Source: Bdellovibrionia bacterium
GTDB taxonomy: Bacteria; Bdellovibrionota; UBA1018
Length of the DNA stretch: 64,000 nt
Direction of reading: 5' to 3'
Assembly (NCBI GenBank): GCA_045805065.1
Contig: JBJMMA010000259.1
Location: 2,874-66,873, forward strand
Shown here: positions 1 through 10,845 of the stretch, piece after piece
How positions within the stretch are numbered: position 1 is the stretch's first letter
Layout: each line of letters opens with the position of its first letter
The notes under the pieces: model-generated
The model's database searches: none
Told to the model about the DNA's origin: nothing
The model's input: only the letters and a program-made list of their open reading frames with translations
Position numbers and translations under genes: made by a program

Positions 1-824
1 GCCCACAAATCTATCTCTCCCGTACTTCTCCGAAGTATCTGATGAAGCTCTTCGAAACCGAAGTGCCTGAGATCCGTGAAGGCATCGTGGAAATCAAGCT
101 TTGCTCCCGCGAGCCAGGCGCACGCTCCAAGATCGCTGTCACCTCGAAGGACCGTGACGTGGATCCAGTCGGCGCATGCGTCGGCATGAAGGGCATTCGC
201 GTTCAGAACGTGATTCAAGAGCTCAAGGGCGAGAAGATCGACATCATTCCTTGGTCGGATAACCCAATGCTGTTTGTTCGCAGCGCATTGGCTCCAGCTG
301 AGATCTCTTCTATTCGCGTCGATGAACGTGATAAGAAGATGGAAATTATGGTCGAAGACGACCAGCTCTCACTGGCCATCGGCCGTAAGGGTCAAAACGT
401 TCGTCTGGCAGCACAGCTGACGGGTTGGAGACTCGATATCATTTCGAAGTCCAAGCTCCAAAAGCGTACTGCAGAAGCTATCTTCAACTTGCAGCACATT
501 GAAGGCGTCAACGAGACGCTCGCACAAGCCATCTACCAAGCTGGCTTCTTCAATGTCCGCCAGGTTGCGGATGCACAACTTGAAAATCTCCAGAAGATTC
601 CTGGCTACGAAAGCGCTGAAGCCGCTCAGAAGCTCAAGGAACTGGCCGCAGGTGTGGTTGAAAAGGCTGGAGATGTTCTCGCAGGTCCAAGCGCAAATGA
701 CGATAGCAAAGGCAGCTTCACCGCTGCTCCATCGTCAAACGACGCTAAGGCTCAAGCCGAGCAACGCTTGCGTGAGATGATGAAACAAGACACGGGTGGC
801 ACTTCCGGCGCTGACAAAAGCTGA
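1..824 (+). CDS. nusA: Transcription termination/antitermination factor NusA, C-terminal part (5' end lies outside the window)
   Basis: Frame is open from the window start. KH-domain-like 'GMKGIRVQNVIQEL' and 'IGRKGQNVRLAAQLTGW' segments, plus an acidic C-terminal tail. Sits immediately upstream of infB as in the conserved nusA-infB operon. Confidence 0.85.
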   Translation, partial: PQIYLSRTSPKYLMKLFETEVPEIREGIVEIKLCSREPGARSKIAVTSKDRDVDPVGACVGMKGIRVQNVIQELKGEKIDIIPWSDNPMLFVRSALAPAEISSIRVDERDKKMEIMVEDDQLSLAIGRKGQNVRLAAQLTGWRLDIISKSKLQKRTAEAIFNLQHIEGVNETLAQAIYQAGFFNVRQVADAQLENLQKIPGYESAEAAQKLKELAAGVVEKAGDVLAGPSANDDSKGSFTAAPSSNDAKAQAEQRLREMMKQDTGGTSGADKS

Positions 825-894
825 GATTACGACCCGCTAATTTTTTGGAATTGCCAATTTTAATTTGCCAATTTTAGTTTGGAGAAAAGACTGA

Positions 895-3753
895 ATGTCA
901 GAACACGAAACCGTGAAGGTCTATGAGCTTGCGAAGGAGCTGGGAATCGATTCGATTTCTTTGCTCGATAAGCTCAAAGGTCTGAACATCAATGTAAAAA
1001 ACCATATGAGCGAGCTTCGAGGAGAAGAAGCAAGCTTGGCGCGGAACTCTCTGCGCCCTTCCTCGGGATCAGCAAAGTCCGCTGCTCCCAAGAAGACCGT
1101 GACTCGCGCTCGCAAGAAGACCGAGACAACGGCAGCTGCGGCTCCAACGCCTGCGGCTGAAGCACCTACTGCTCGCGCAGCCTCTCCGATCATTCGCCGC
1201 CGCACGAAAGCGGACGGTGCCGTGACGGAAACTGTGACGCAGACTCTTCGCAATGGCTCCACTGAGCAGACGGAAACGACCGCACCAGCCGGAGGTCATT
1301 CTGCCGCTCATGAAGAGAACATGGCAGCTGAGCATGCCCACGCCGGAGCCGAAGCTTCCGTTCAGGAATTCGAAGCGCAGAACGAAACGCATGCAGCTCA
1401 TGAAGAAGCCGCTCCTTCAGAGGAAATGAATGCTTCTGAAGAAGTAGCAGCAAGCGAGAGCGATTCTGCCGCTCAAGAGGCAAATGAAGCAGCACCTGCC
1501 GCTCACGCAGGTCCAGCGCCTACTGCAAACGCAGGCGCCAATGCACCAACTTCAGCAGGTCCAGCGACCGCAGCTCCGCAACAGCCTGCGACGCCTCCTG
1601 CTCGTCCTCCGATTGCTCCGTTCAACCGCCCAGTGGCGCCTCGTCGTAGCATCCTGAAGATCGTTGAAGCATCCGCTCCTCCTCCTCGTCCAGTGATCAA
1701 GCCAGCTCCTGCTGCATCACCGATCAAACCGGTGGCAAAGCCAGGCACCGGCCCTGTGGGTGGAGATAAGGACGGCTACCGCATCATCAAGGCGACGAAA
1801 GAAAGCCTCGACCAGATGGTTGAGGAAGAAGCCGCCAAGAAGCGTGGGGGTGGCGGTAAAGAAGCTGAAATTCGTCCTGAGGACGTCCGCTTTGCCGACT
1901 ACCGTAAGAAGGAAATGGTCTTTCTTCCTAAGAAGAAGAGACTTCCTATCGGTAAAGAGATCAAGAAGACCCAGATCACCGAGAAGAGCGCTCAAAAGCG
2001 CGTGATCACGATGCAAGAAGCGATTTCCGTTCAGGATCTCGCCGCTCAGCTCAGCGTCAAGGCAGTCGATGTCATCCGTAAGCTCATGGGAATGGGCCAG
2101 ATGGCAACGATCAACCAGTCGATCGACTTCGACACGGCAACTCTCGTTGCAAACGAATACGGCTACGAAGTCCGTAACGTTGCTTACAACGAAGAAGCCC
2201 TCATCGGAGTTGGCGAAGATGCGGCTGAAGAACTTCAGCCACGTCCACCAGTCGTGACCATCATGGGTCACGTCGACCACGGCAAGACGACCCTTCTCGA
2301 TGCAATTCGTGAAGCGGATGTCGCAGGTGGCGAAGCTGGCGGGATCACGCAGCACATCGGCGCTTATACCGTTGAAAAGAACGGCAAGCTCATCACCTTC
2401 ATCGATACGCCAGGCCACGAAGCGTTCTCCGTCATGCGCGCACGTGGTGCGAACGTCACGGATATCGTGATTCTCGTCGTGTCTGCGGATGACGGCGTGA
2501 TGCCACAAACCCGTGAAGCCCTCTCACATGCGCAAGCTGCGAAGGTGCCAATCATTGTGGCCGTGAACAAGATCGACAAGCCAGGCGCAAACCCTGATAA
2601 GATCAAACAAGGCTTAGCTGAGCTCAATCTCTTGGCTGAAGACTGGGGCGGCGAAACGATGTTCGTCCAAGTTTCGGCTCTTAAGAAGTTGAACATCGAC
2701 AAGCTTCTGGATGCGATTCTTCTCCAGGCTGAAGTTCTGGACCTCAAGGCCAACCCAGCGCCACAAGCCTCGGGAACCGTCCTTGAAGCGCGCCTTGAAA
2801 AAGGCCGTGGTCCAGTGGTCAGCGTCCTGGTCAACCGCGGAACTCTCCGCGTCGGTGATCCGATTGTTTCGGGCACTTACGCTGGTAAGGTCAAGGCACT
2901 CACCGACGACAAGGGTCGCACCGTAAAGACGGCAACCCCTGGCATCGCAGTCGAGATCCTGGGCTTTGAAGGCCTGCCAAACGCAGGTGAGAAGTTCAGC
3001 GCAGCTCCGACCGATGCAGACGCACGCGAGATTGCTCAGAACCGTATCGACAAGAACCGCGCAAGAGCTAACGTGCCTACCGCTAAGGCAAGCTTGGAAG
3101 ACCTCTTTGCCAAGATCCAGACCGGAAACGTGAAGGAGCTTGAAGTGGTTCTTAAGGCTGACGTGTTCGGCTCCGTCGAAGCGATTCGCGAAAGCTTGAC
3201 GAAACTTTCGACCGAAAAGGTCAAAGTGAAAGTCATCTACGCAGCGCCAGGCGGCATCACGGAAAGCGACGTCCTTTTGGCCAGCGCTTCCGAGAACGCG
3301 ATCATCATCGGCTTCAACGTACGTCCTGAAACCAAGGCTCGCCAGCTTGCAGAAGCTGAGCATGTCGAAATCAAGTCGTACTCGATCATTTACGAGCTTC
3401 TCGATGACATCAGGAACGCGATGGTCGGTCTTCTCGATAAGAAGAAGGTCGAACGTTTCTTGGGTCGTGCGGAAGTCCGCCAGATCTTCTCCGTTCCAAA
3501 AATCGGCGTGATTGCCGGTACGGCGGTGGTCGATGGCAAGATGATCCGTGGATCCAATGTTCGCTTGTTGCGTGACAGCAAGATCGTCTACGAAGGCAAG
3601 ATGGGTTCACTCCGTCGCTTCAAAGACGACGCGAAGGAAGTTGCTACGGGATATGAATGCGGTATCGGCATTGAGAACTATAACGATCTCAAGCCGGGCG
3701 ATATCATCGAAGCATTCCAGATCGATCTGATCACTCCGGAGCTTGACTCCTAA
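895..3753 (+). CDS. infB: Translation initiation factor IF-2
   Basis: 952 aa. GTPase G1 motif '[12 protein letters not shown]' and 'DTPGHEAF'. Long Ala/Pro-rich N-terminal region typical of IF-2. Position after nusA. Confidence 0.95.
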   Translation: MSEHETVKVYELAKELGIDSISLLDKLKGLNINVKNHMSELRGEEASLARNSLRPSSGSAKSAAPKKTVTRARKKTETTAAAAPTPAAEAPTARAASPIIRRRTKADGAVTETVTQTLRNGSTEQTETTAPAGGHSAAHEENMAAEHAHAGAEASVQEFEAQNETHAAHEEAAPSEEMNASEEVAASESDSAAQEANEAAPAAHAGPAPTANAGANAPTSAGPATAAPQQPATPPARPPIAPFNRPVAPRRSILKIVEASAPPPRPVIKPAPAASPIKPVAKPGTGPVGGDKDGYRIIKATKESLDQMVEEEAAKKRGGGGKEAEIRPEDVRFADYRKKEMVFLPKKKRLPIGKEIKKTQITEKSAQKRVITMQEAISVQDLAAQLSVKAVDVIRKLMGMGQMATINQSIDFDTATLVANEYGYEVRNVAYNEEALIGVGEDAAEELQPRPPVVTIMGHVDHGKTTLLDAIREADVAGGEAGGITQHIGAYTVEKNGKLITFIDTPGHEAFSVMRARGANVTDIVILVVSADDGVMPQTREALSHAQAAKVPIIVAVNKIDKPGANPDKIKQGLAELNLLAEDWGGETMFVQVSALKKLNIDKLLDAILLQAEVLDLKANPAPQASGTVLEARLEKGRGPVVSVLVNRGTLRVGDPIVSGTYAGKVKALTDDKGRTVKTATPGIAVEILGFEGLPNAGEKFSAAPTDADAREIAQNRIDKNRARANVPTAKASLEDLFAKIQTGNVKELEVVLKADVFGSVEAIRESLTKLSTEKVKVKVIYAAPGGITESDVLLASASENAIIIGFNVRPETKARQLAEAEHVEIKSYSIIYELLDDIRNAMVGLLDKKKVERFLGRAEVRQIFSVPKIGVIAGTAVVDGKMIRGSNVRLLRDSKIVYEGKMGSLRRFKDDAKEVATGYECGIGIENYNDLKPGDIIEAFQIDLITPELDS

Positions 3754-4151
3754 TGCAAGAAACTCGACGTCAGCGGCTCCAAGCCGTGATCCTCGAAGAG
3801 TTAGCGATGGTGGTGCCACGCGAGGTGAAAGACCCTCGCGTGCCCTCCATCACCTTTACTAATGTCGAGGTCACTCCCGATGGCAGCCAGGCCACGGTGT
3901 ATGTTTCGATGCTTGGCGCATCGCAAGTGAACACCGATGATCCGGTTGCGGCCAAAGCGGCGGCGGAGAAGATGAAAGATTGCATTGATGGCCTTCAGTC
4001 GGCCGCAGGCTTTCTTCGTCGTCACCTCGCAAAGATTTTGACCGTTCGCCACATTCCGACGCTGATCTTCAAAGAAGACCGTGGATTCGAAAACACCATT
4101 CGCGTTCATGATCTTTTGAAGAAGATCTCCTCGGAAAACGAAAACAAGTAA
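3753..4151 (+). CDS. rbfA: Ribosome-binding factor A
   Basis: 132 aa. TAATG stop/start overlap with infB. N-terminal 'RRQRLQAVILEELA' is RbfA-like. Conserved infB-rbfA-truB order. Confidence 0.85.
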   Translation: MQETRRQRLQAVILEELAMVVPREVKDPRVPSITFTNVEVTPDGSQATVYVSMLGASQVNTDDPVAAKAAAEKMKDCIDGLQSAAGFLRRHLAKILTVRHIPTLIFKEDRGFENTIRVHDLLKKISSENENK

Positions 4152-4162
4152 GTCGGTTCGCC

Positions 4163-5173
4163 GTGTCTCAGAAGCCTCCAGCTGGCCCCAATGGCATGCT
4201 CTTGTTGAACAAGCCTGCAGGCGTCAGCTCCTTTGGCGTGATTGAGGCGCTTCAGCGTGAGCTTTTGGAAAAAAGCAAACGCGAGTCGCTCACAGGCCAA
4301 GGCATTAAAAAACGAGACTTGCCCAAAATGGGACACGGCGGAACGCTAGATCCATTCGCAACCGGGCTTTTGCTCGTTTGCGTGGGTCGTGGCGTGAAAC
4401 TCTCCCGTTATTTCCTGGGCTCCAATAAAACCTACGAAGGCACGATCCGTTTTGGTGAGACGACCATTCCAGGCGACCCCACGGATCCAATCAGCGAGCG
4501 CTCCGATCATCTCCCCTCTTCGCTTGAAGAGATTCGGGCCGCAGCTCACAAGTTCACGCTCCAGCCTTATTCTCAAACGCCCCCCATGCATTCAGCCAAG
4601 AAGAAGGATGGAAAGCCTCTCTATGAGCTTGCGCGCCAGGGAATTGAAATCGAGCGCGAGGCCAAGGTTTGCCAGATCTACTCGTTTGAGATTTTCAATT
4701 ATGAGAATCGCCGCGCTAACTTTCGTGTCGTTTGCAGCTCGGGCACTTATATCCGCACTCTTTCTCAAGACCTTGGAAAGCTTTTGGGAACAGTGGCGAT
4801 GCTGGATTCGCTTCATCGCTCAGGATCCGGGATTTTCAATGAGACTCGCTCTCAGACTTTGACCGAGATCCTGGAAGCCACACGCCAGGGAAAGAACTTC
4901 GATGAGCTTCCGTCCTGGGTTCATTTTGATCAGATGCTGGGTGGATATATTACGGCCGAAGCAACGCGCGACGAGGCACTGGCATTAACACAAGGAAAGC
5001 AGGCTGTGCTTTTCAATATCTTAAAGCGCGCCGAGGCTCCGCAAGATGAGCTGAGCAAGAAGGCCATCGATCCTGATCATATCGTCATCCGATGCGCTGG
5101 AAGCCTGGTTGCTGTCGCCAGCAAAGTAAATGATGTCTGGGGACTTGAGCGGGTCTTTACGGATTCTCACTAG
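4163..5173 (+). CDS. truB: tRNA pseudouridine(55) synthase TruB
   Basis: 'GHGGTLDPFATGLL' catalytic-Asp motif of TruB, with a PUA-like C-terminus. GTG start at 4163; an alternative ATG lies at 4196. Confidence 0.9.
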   Translation: MSQKPPAGPNGMLLLNKPAGVSSFGVIEALQRELLEKSKRESLTGQGIKKRDLPKMGHGGTLDPFATGLLLVCVGRGVKLSRYFLGSNKTYEGTIRFGETTIPGDPTDPISERSDHLPSSLEEIRAAAHKFTLQPYSQTPPMHSAKKKDGKPLYELARQGIEIEREAKVCQIYSFEIFNYENRRANFRVVCSSGTYIRTLSQDLGKLLGTVAMLDSLHRSGSGIFNETRSQTLTEILEATRQGKNFDELPSWVHFDQMLGGYITAEATRDEALALTQGKQAVLFNILKRAEAPQDELSKKAIDPDHIVIRCAGSLVAVASKVNDVWGLERVFTDSH

Positions 5174-5276
5174 ACTGTTCACTTGAGCCCAAATTTTTTG
5201 GAGACTCAAAAGCCAAAAAAGCAAAAGGCGCGAAAAGCTGAGCTTTCCACGCCTCACATGAAATCAATTCGTTTTT

Positions 5277-5666
5277 TTAGCGGCGAATATAAGTACCTTG
5301 GGAATCGGATAGACCGCCACGGCCCGTAACACGTATCGACGTTTCTCCGGTCTTCTCGATCTGCATTCCTGCAGCAGGACCTCCATCCATTTGAAGATCA
5401 ATATCAACCGTATCACCGGAGCAACTGATCTTGACAGAGCCACTCTCTCCGTTGGCACTTTGATGATGAGGCTGCCCGTCCGCTGCGACATAGGTAGTGC
5501 CATTATCCATAGAGTAAGAGACGACGCCGTTTTCCATTCGCGTATTCACAGAAATACTTACAGATGAGTTAGCATCAATCTGTTGAGCAAACTCCCCATT
5601 GATTTGTGGACAGGCTTGAGCAACGGAGCAACCAAGAGCAACAGCCATCACGAAATACTTCAACAT
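5277..5666 (-). CDS. Hypothetical small lipoprotein
   Basis: Signal peptide with lipobox 'AVALGC' when started at the internal Met (5666). The ORF extends to 5690. No recognisable domain. Confidence 0.45.
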   Translation of the reverse strand: MLKYFVMAVALGCSVAQACPQINGEFAQQIDANSSVSISVNTRMENGVVSYSMDNGTTYVAADGQPHHQSANGESGSVKISCSGDTVDIDLQMDGGPAAGMQIEKTGETSIRVTGRGGLSDSQGTYIRR

Positions 5667-5906
5667 TAAGAATTCCCTCAAATCATGCATTAGAGATACA
5701 TTTTGGCGCTACTGAGAGCCGGCCTGGCAAAGAGCAAAGGTTAAGCCATAGCCGCTGTTGTCCGCGCGTGATTAAACCCTCAAAACACTTAGTGCAGTTT
5801 TGCACCCGACTCAAAATCGTGTGTGATGGATTTATGCAGCTGTCAAAATGATGGTCATCAGAATCGCGCGAGTTTTTCAATATAAGCGAATCATTTTCGG
5901 CGCTTG

Positions 5907-7598
5907 TTAAGGATTTCGAATCGAACGCTCAAGAACTCGGAGTGGCTCGACCTGGAAGCCCTTTGGGGATTGCCACTTGAGCTTCACTTCATCGCCATAA
6001 ACGCCTGCGAGTCTGCGGTTCACTTCCCAGAGATCCATCTCAAGCGCCGGAATGCCGTCGATATCGGTGACAATCATTCCCTTTTTCAGGCCCGCTTTTT
6101 CAAGCTGCTGCGCAACGCTGCCGGACTTGATGGATTGAACCACCAGAGCGCGATCGCCTTTGATGTAAGTGTAGTTGAGCGTCAGGCCTGATTTGTTCTT
6201 ATACTCAGGCGCCGCAAGCTCTTCTGGAGAGTACCAAACGCGACCATGAGGCAGGTCGAAAACAATCGTCGCGGATGCCTCTCGAAGCGATTGCCTTGGA
6301 TCACGACAAAGCTTCTCAGCACCCGCAAGGGCCTTCACCCGCTCCGAGCAGACTGGCACAAGATCGCCCTTTCCGTTCTCGCGCACTTCCACCCACTGGT
6401 ATCCAGTCGGAACATGATAAGATTGGAGCGGCCAGAGATTGACCTCGTTTGGTTTCGATCCACGGAACTCGACGACATAGCGCCTCAGAAAATCGATTCC
6501 TAAAATCCCTGAGCAGCATGGAGCAACGAACTCCGGTTCATCAAAAAGCTCCGTATCAAAAAGAAGAAACCGGCTCACTGAAATCGGATAATCGCTGATG
6601 ATGGCCTTTTCAACTCTCGTGACTGCGCCAAGCCCCGTCTCACCTGCTTCAGCACCTGCGGCGATTTTCACGCGCTCTGGCTGAGCTTCTGGAATCTGGA
6701 GCCACTCAGGCGGCATGCCTTGGGACTTGAGCCAATCGGGCGAGAGAATGCTTCGAGGGGTCGCAGGATCAATGAGCATTTGCCCCAGAACACTGTTCTC
6801 ACTCACCCCGACATCCATCCGGACCGCAAACCAACCTTGCCAGCGGCGAGAAGGCGCGCGGGCAAGAGGCAGCCCTGTTGGGGTTGCGACGGCGGCAGGG
6901 GTTTCTTGAGCCATCCAAGTCTCTGAAGAGGTTGGCTTGCTCGAAGCTTTCGCCTTTTTCGCATGAGCCGATGCCGAGCAATATCCAGCCTGCTCAGCAT
7001 GTTTTCGGTCTTGCTTCCATTGATGCGGGATCACTTCGCTTGCCACACGGGCGCGCCACTCATGATCGAGCCTTGAAACCCATTCCTGAAAAACACGATC
7101 TGCCTTGGAGCGAGCTGAGCGCTCATTGACTGCGGCGACCTTGGAAAGAAGGAGCGAGAGCTTGAACTTTCCAGCGCTGAGCATCTCGTCCCAAAGCTTG
7201 GCTGCGGCTTGAGCTTCGGCACGACTCCCTTCAGCGGTTGCAAATACAGGATCCGGGGCCTTCTCTGAGCAGGGAAATTGAGCAAGCGTATCGTACCAAG
7301 GACCTGGGCCTTTGAGATAAATCGTTGAGTTGCCACTGATCGCTCCGCCTTGGACGCCGATCAGGCCCCCGGGAAGTTTTCTGCCGGCCCAATCCGGAAT
7401 GTTGATTTTGCGGCTCACGATCCAGCGACGAAGCTGGGGATTGGGCTGTGCGGGATCCAGCGATGCGATTTTCTCGATCGTCAGCGGCTCTGACGAAGTC
7501 TCAGTCGTGGTCTGAAGCGAGACCTCAAAGTTTTTAGGTAAAGCTGCGGCCTGTGCTGTCGTTGTCAGTGAAAAAATCGCGAGGACTAAACCCATCAT
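5907..7598 (-). CDS. Secreted protein with a degenerate retropepsin-like (clan AA) domain and a PDZ-like C-terminus
   Basis: N-terminal signal peptide 'MMGLVLAIFSLTTTAQA'. The 'GILGIDFLRRYVVEF' block resembles retropepsin-like aspartyl protease domains, but 'DPATP' stands where the catalytic DTGAS is expected. C-terminal 'GMIVTDIDGIPA...' is PDZ-like. The start codon overlaps the hflX stop (ATGA). Confidence 0.55.
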   Translation of the reverse strand: MMGLVLAIFSLTTTAQAAALPKNFEVSLQTTTETSSEPLTIEKIASLDPAQPNPQLRRWIVSRKINIPDWAGRKLPGGLIGVQGGAISGNSTIYLKGPGPWYDTLAQFPCSEKAPDPVFATAEGSRAEAQAAAKLWDEMLSAGKFKLSLLLSKVAAVNERSARSKADRVFQEWVSRLDHEWRARVASEVIPHQWKQDRKHAEQAGYCSASAHAKKAKASSKPTSSETWMAQETPAAVATPTGLPLARAPSRRWQGWFAVRMDVGVSENSVLGQMLIDPATPRSILSPDWLKSQGMPPEWLQIPEAQPERVKIAAGAEAGETGLGAVTRVEKAIISDYPISVSRFLLFDTELFDEPEFVAPCCSGILGIDFLRRYVVEFRGSKPNEVNLWPLQSYHVPTGYQWVEVRENGKGDLVPVCSERVKALAGAEKLCRDPRQSLREASATIVFDLPHGRVWYSPEELAAPEYKNKSGLTLNYTYIKGDRALVVQSIKSGSVAQQLEKAGLKKGMIVTDIDGIPALEMDLWEVNRRLAGVYGDEVKLKWQSPKGFQVEPLRVLERSIRNP

Positions 7599-8944
7599 AA
7601 GCGGTATTTCTCAAGTTTGAGTTTTTGAGCCCAACCCTTTTCGATTCTGAGTCGGTAGAACGTCCCCTTCTCCAGATGGCGGCTCACTTCAATGCTTCCA
7701 TGAGCGTGGAGCATGGCCTCCAGACGGCTCTCAGAATAAGGCACAACAAGCTCGATGACTTCGAGATTTTTTCTGAAATGCTCGAGGATCAAGTCCCGAA
7801 GCCTGATGACATCGTCACGATTGAGCGCCGAGACCATCACAGCGCCTGGGTACATGAGTTTTGCTCGGTTCTTTTCGCCAGGACCTTTGAGCTGGTCAGC
7901 TTTATTGAGAACCGTGATGCGTGGTTTTTCATCCACTTTAAGATCTTTTAAAATCTGCTCAGTCACTTCGACTTGCTCGCGCCCCTGGGCATGGCTTGCG
8001 TCCACGACGTGCAAGAGAAGATCAGCTTCCTCCAGCTCTTCCAAAGTGGATCGAAACGATGCAACAAGAGAAGGAGGAAGTTTATTGATAAATCCTACGG
8101 TATCAATCGCGACGATCGGCGGATGGCTGTTCGGATCAAGAGTCCTCACGCTTGCATCGAGAGTTGCAAAGAGTTTGTTCTCAGCCAAAACATTGCTTTG
8201 AGTGAGCGCATTGAGGAGCGTCGACTTTCCAGCGTTTGTGTAACCCACGAGTGCCACCTTCAGGACATCCTGTCGCCCAGCGCGCTGAACTTGGCGCTCT
8301 TTTTCGATATCCTTGAGGCGTTGCTGTAAAACAGAGATGCGCTTCTTGATGAGACGACGATCGACTTCGATCTGCTTTTCACCCATTCCGCGGGCTGCCG
8401 TGCCGCCGCCTCGTTGGCGCTCAAAGTGCGTCCAGAAATGTGTCAGACGAGGAAGAAGATATTGAAGTCGCGCCAGGGAAACTTGAGTTTTGGATTCCTT
8501 GGTTCGTGCGTGCTGCGAGAAGATTTCGATAATCACGCCGGGACGATCCAGAACAGGTTTTCCGATCACCTTCTCCAAGTTTCTCAACTGATTGGGAGAA
8601 AGTTCCATGTCAAAAATCACTGAATCAGCCTCATGACGCGTAACGGCTGCTTTGATTTCGTCGATTTTGCCTGCTCCGATATAAGTCGCAGGATTAATTT
8701 TTCGCACCGAGGCAACGACTTGATCGAGCGGAAGTGCTCCCAAGGTCAAGAGAAGCTGATCCAGCTCGTCGACAGATTCTGACTCTAAGCCTACTGAAAT
8801 GACGCGAAGCTGAGGTGAAGCGACTTGCTCGGGCGTGTGCCCTGAGCTTTTTTTGGCAGTTTTTGGGGCTGCGGACGCATTTTCGCTCCGGCTTACCGCT
8901 TTGCGTTTGGGGGATGGAAGCAGGGAGTCATCATTTTCCAGCAC
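7595..8944 (-). CDS. hflX: GTPase HflX
   Basis: 'VALVGYTNAGKSTLLNALT' G1 motif and an HflX N-domain 'DSVIFDMELSPNQLRNLEK'. The track ORF runs to 9172 but then overlaps the divergent aminotransferase gene. An in-frame GTG at 8944 is preceded by 'AAAGAGG' 5 nt upstream, so the start is called there. Confidence 0.8.
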   Translation of the reverse strand: MLENDDSLLPSPKRKAVSRSENASAAPKTAKKSSGHTPEQVASPQLRVISVGLESESVDELDQLLLTLGALPLDQVVASVRKINPATYIGAGKIDEIKAAVTRHEADSVIFDMELSPNQLRNLEKVIGKPVLDRPGVIIEIFSQHARTKESKTQVSLARLQYLLPRLTHFWTHFERQRGGGTAARGMGEKQIEVDRRLIKKRISVLQQRLKDIEKERQVQRAGRQDVLKVALVGYTNAGKSTLLNALTQSNVLAENKLFATLDASVRTLDPNSHPPIVAIDTVGFINKLPPSLVASFRSTLEELEEADLLLHVVDASHAQGREQVEVTEQILKDLKVDEKPRITVLNKADQLKGPGEKNRAKLMYPGAVMVSALNRDDVIRLRDLILEHFRKNLEVIELVVPYSESRLEAMLHAHGSIEVSRHLEKGTFYRLRIEKGWAQKLKLEKYRL

Positions 8945-8998
8945 GATGTCCTCTTTTTCCTGTTTTAAGCTCCTAAAATCAACAGTTAAGATGCAGCA

Positions 8999-9940
8999 AT
9001 GAGCGTTGAAAAAACTGCCCTGCCTAAAAACATCCTCGTGAACGTCAACGGAGAGTTCTATAGCGCCGATGATGCCAAAGTTTCGGTCTTTGATCGAAGC
9101 TATATCTATGGCGATAGCCTCTATGAGGTAGCCCGCACCTACGGCGGCTATTTCTTTGAGCTGGATGGCCACCTCAAAAGGCTCGGCAAATCAGCCGAGC
9201 TCTGCCACATGGTTTTAGGGCAAAGCCTGGAGACCTATCATAACGAGATTATGAGGACCCTGGCTGCATGGAAGAAAATGGCCGGCAACCAAAAGCGTGA
9301 AGCTTATTGCCGGATCATCGTCAGCCGGGGCGAAGGCCGAATCGGCTTTGGTCTTCCCTGCCTGACGTCTCCCACGCTCTTTACGATTATCGTTCAAGCG
9401 CTTGAGCCGCCTACGGCCGAGCAGTTTCAAAAGGGCTTTAACTTCCAGGTCTCCAAGCGCTTGAGAAATAACCCAAAGGCTTTGGATCCGGCCATGAAAT
9501 CCGGAAACTACCTCAATAGCCTTCTCGCTTACCTTGAGGCAGCTTCTGAGAACTATGACGATGCCCTGCTTTGCAATGCCGATGGACATGTGACTGAAGG
9601 CACAACCTTCAACATCTTCTACATCCGTCGTGGCATCATCGCGACGCCACCTCTGGATATCGGGATACTGGACGGGATCACCCGCCGCGAAGTCATTCAG
9701 ATGTGCCGTGACTCAGGCATTGAGGTCCGCGAAGTCCGATTCCCTAAAGAGCGCCTTTATGAAGCGGATGAAGTTTTCATGACAAGCTCCATTAAGGAAA
9801 TCTTTCCCGTGACCCGGATTGATGGGCGCAAGATCGGAAACGGAACGCCGGGAAAACTCACTCGCAAGCTGCACAATCAGTTCAACGAGCTGATCGCCGA
9901 ACGCACTCAGCGTGAGAACTCACGCAGGAGCACGACTTGA
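8999..9940 (+). CDS. Fold-type IV PLP aminotransferase (branched-chain or D-amino-acid aminotransferase family)
   Basis: N-terminal 'NGEFYSADDAKVSVFDRSYIYGDSLYE' is typical of class IV aminotransferases. 313 aa. Confidence 0.75.
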   Translation: MSVEKTALPKNILVNVNGEFYSADDAKVSVFDRSYIYGDSLYEVARTYGGYFFELDGHLKRLGKSAELCHMVLGQSLETYHNEIMRTLAAWKKMAGNQKREAYCRIIVSRGEGRIGFGLPCLTSPTLFTIIVQALEPPTAEQFQKGFNFQVSKRLRNNPKALDPAMKSGNYLNSLLAYLEAASENYDDALLCNADGHVTEGTTFNIFYIRRGIIATPPLDIGILDGITRREVIQMCRDSGIEVREVRFPKERLYEADEVFMTSSIKEIFPVTRIDGRKIGNGTPGKLTRKLHNQFNELIAERTQRENSRRSTT

Positions 9941-10797
9941 AAAGCAAACGTAAGCAGCCCCAAAAGTTTCCAAAGAGCCCGCCGTTGAACCAGATTGCAG
10001 CCACAGCGGTGCAAGCTGCTCATGCCGCAGGCGCGGTGCTGGCAAAGCATTACGGAAGAAAGCTCAAGATTCGCGAAAAACTGGGCGCGGGCCTGGTGAC
10101 CAATGCGGATCTTGAGGCCGAGGACGCGGCTCTGCGCATTCTCAAGCGGAAGTTTCCGGACTTCGGGACCCTGACAGAGGAATCCCCTCCTGAGATGCCG
10201 CGTGATCATGGAAGGTGGATCCTGGATCCTCTGGATGGAACGACGAACTTTGTTCACGGCTTTCCGATGTTCTGCGTCTCGCTTGCGGCCGAATGGTCAG
10301 GCCAGCTGGTCGTGGGCGTCGTTTATCATCCGATTTTCAAAGAGACCTATCTTGCCATTAAAGGCAAAGGCGCCAAAGTGAACGGCGTGAAGATGAAGGT
10401 CTCCACCACTTCAAAGATCTCGGACTCGCTTTTGACCACGGGCTTTACCTACCGAAGAAACGAGATCCTTCATCAGGAAATGGAAGCCTTTGAAAGGCTC
10501 AGCGGGATTGCGCGCGCGATCCGCCGCCCGGGAAGCGCGGCCTTGGACCTGGCTTACACCGCTCGCGGCGTTTTTGACGGTTTCTGGGAAAGAAAGCTCT
10601 CCCCGTGGGATATGGCCGCGGGAGCCCTTTTAGTCCAGGAAGCGGGTGGGATTGTCACTGATTTCAAGAGCAATCCGTTTCAGCCTGAGTTTCGCGAGAT
10701 TCTAGCCTCCACTCCGCATCTTCACTCTCAACTTCTTCAGGCGGTGGCGCCAGAATATTGTCAGCTCCCGCCCCCTGGCACTTCGATCTCAGACTAA
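9937..10797 (+). CDS. suhB: Inositol monophosphatase family protein (SuhB-like)
   Basis: 'WILDPLDGTTNFVHGFP' IMPase metal-binding motif. ATGA overlap with the upstream gene. Confidence 0.8.
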   Translation: MKSKRKQPQKFPKSPPLNQIAATAVQAAHAAGAVLAKHYGRKLKIREKLGAGLVTNADLEAEDAALRILKRKFPDFGTLTEESPPEMPRDHGRWILDPLDGTTNFVHGFPMFCVSLAAEWSGQLVVGVVYHPIFKETYLAIKGKGAKVNGVKMKVSTTSKISDSLLTTGFTYRRNEILHQEMEAFERLSGIARAIRRPGSAALDLAYTARGVFDGFWERKLSPWDMAAGALLVQEAGGIVTDFKSNPFQPEFREILASTPHLHSQLLQAVAPEYCQLPPPGTSISD

Positions 10798-10845
10798 CTT
10801 TGACAGGGGCCAAAACCCTCTTTAGACTTTTAAGGTGAGGTTACC

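Noticed and set aside
1717-3363. Minus-strand ORFs of 263 and 249 aa inside infB
   Set aside because: Antisense frames of a very high-confidence IF-2 gene with no independent signals.
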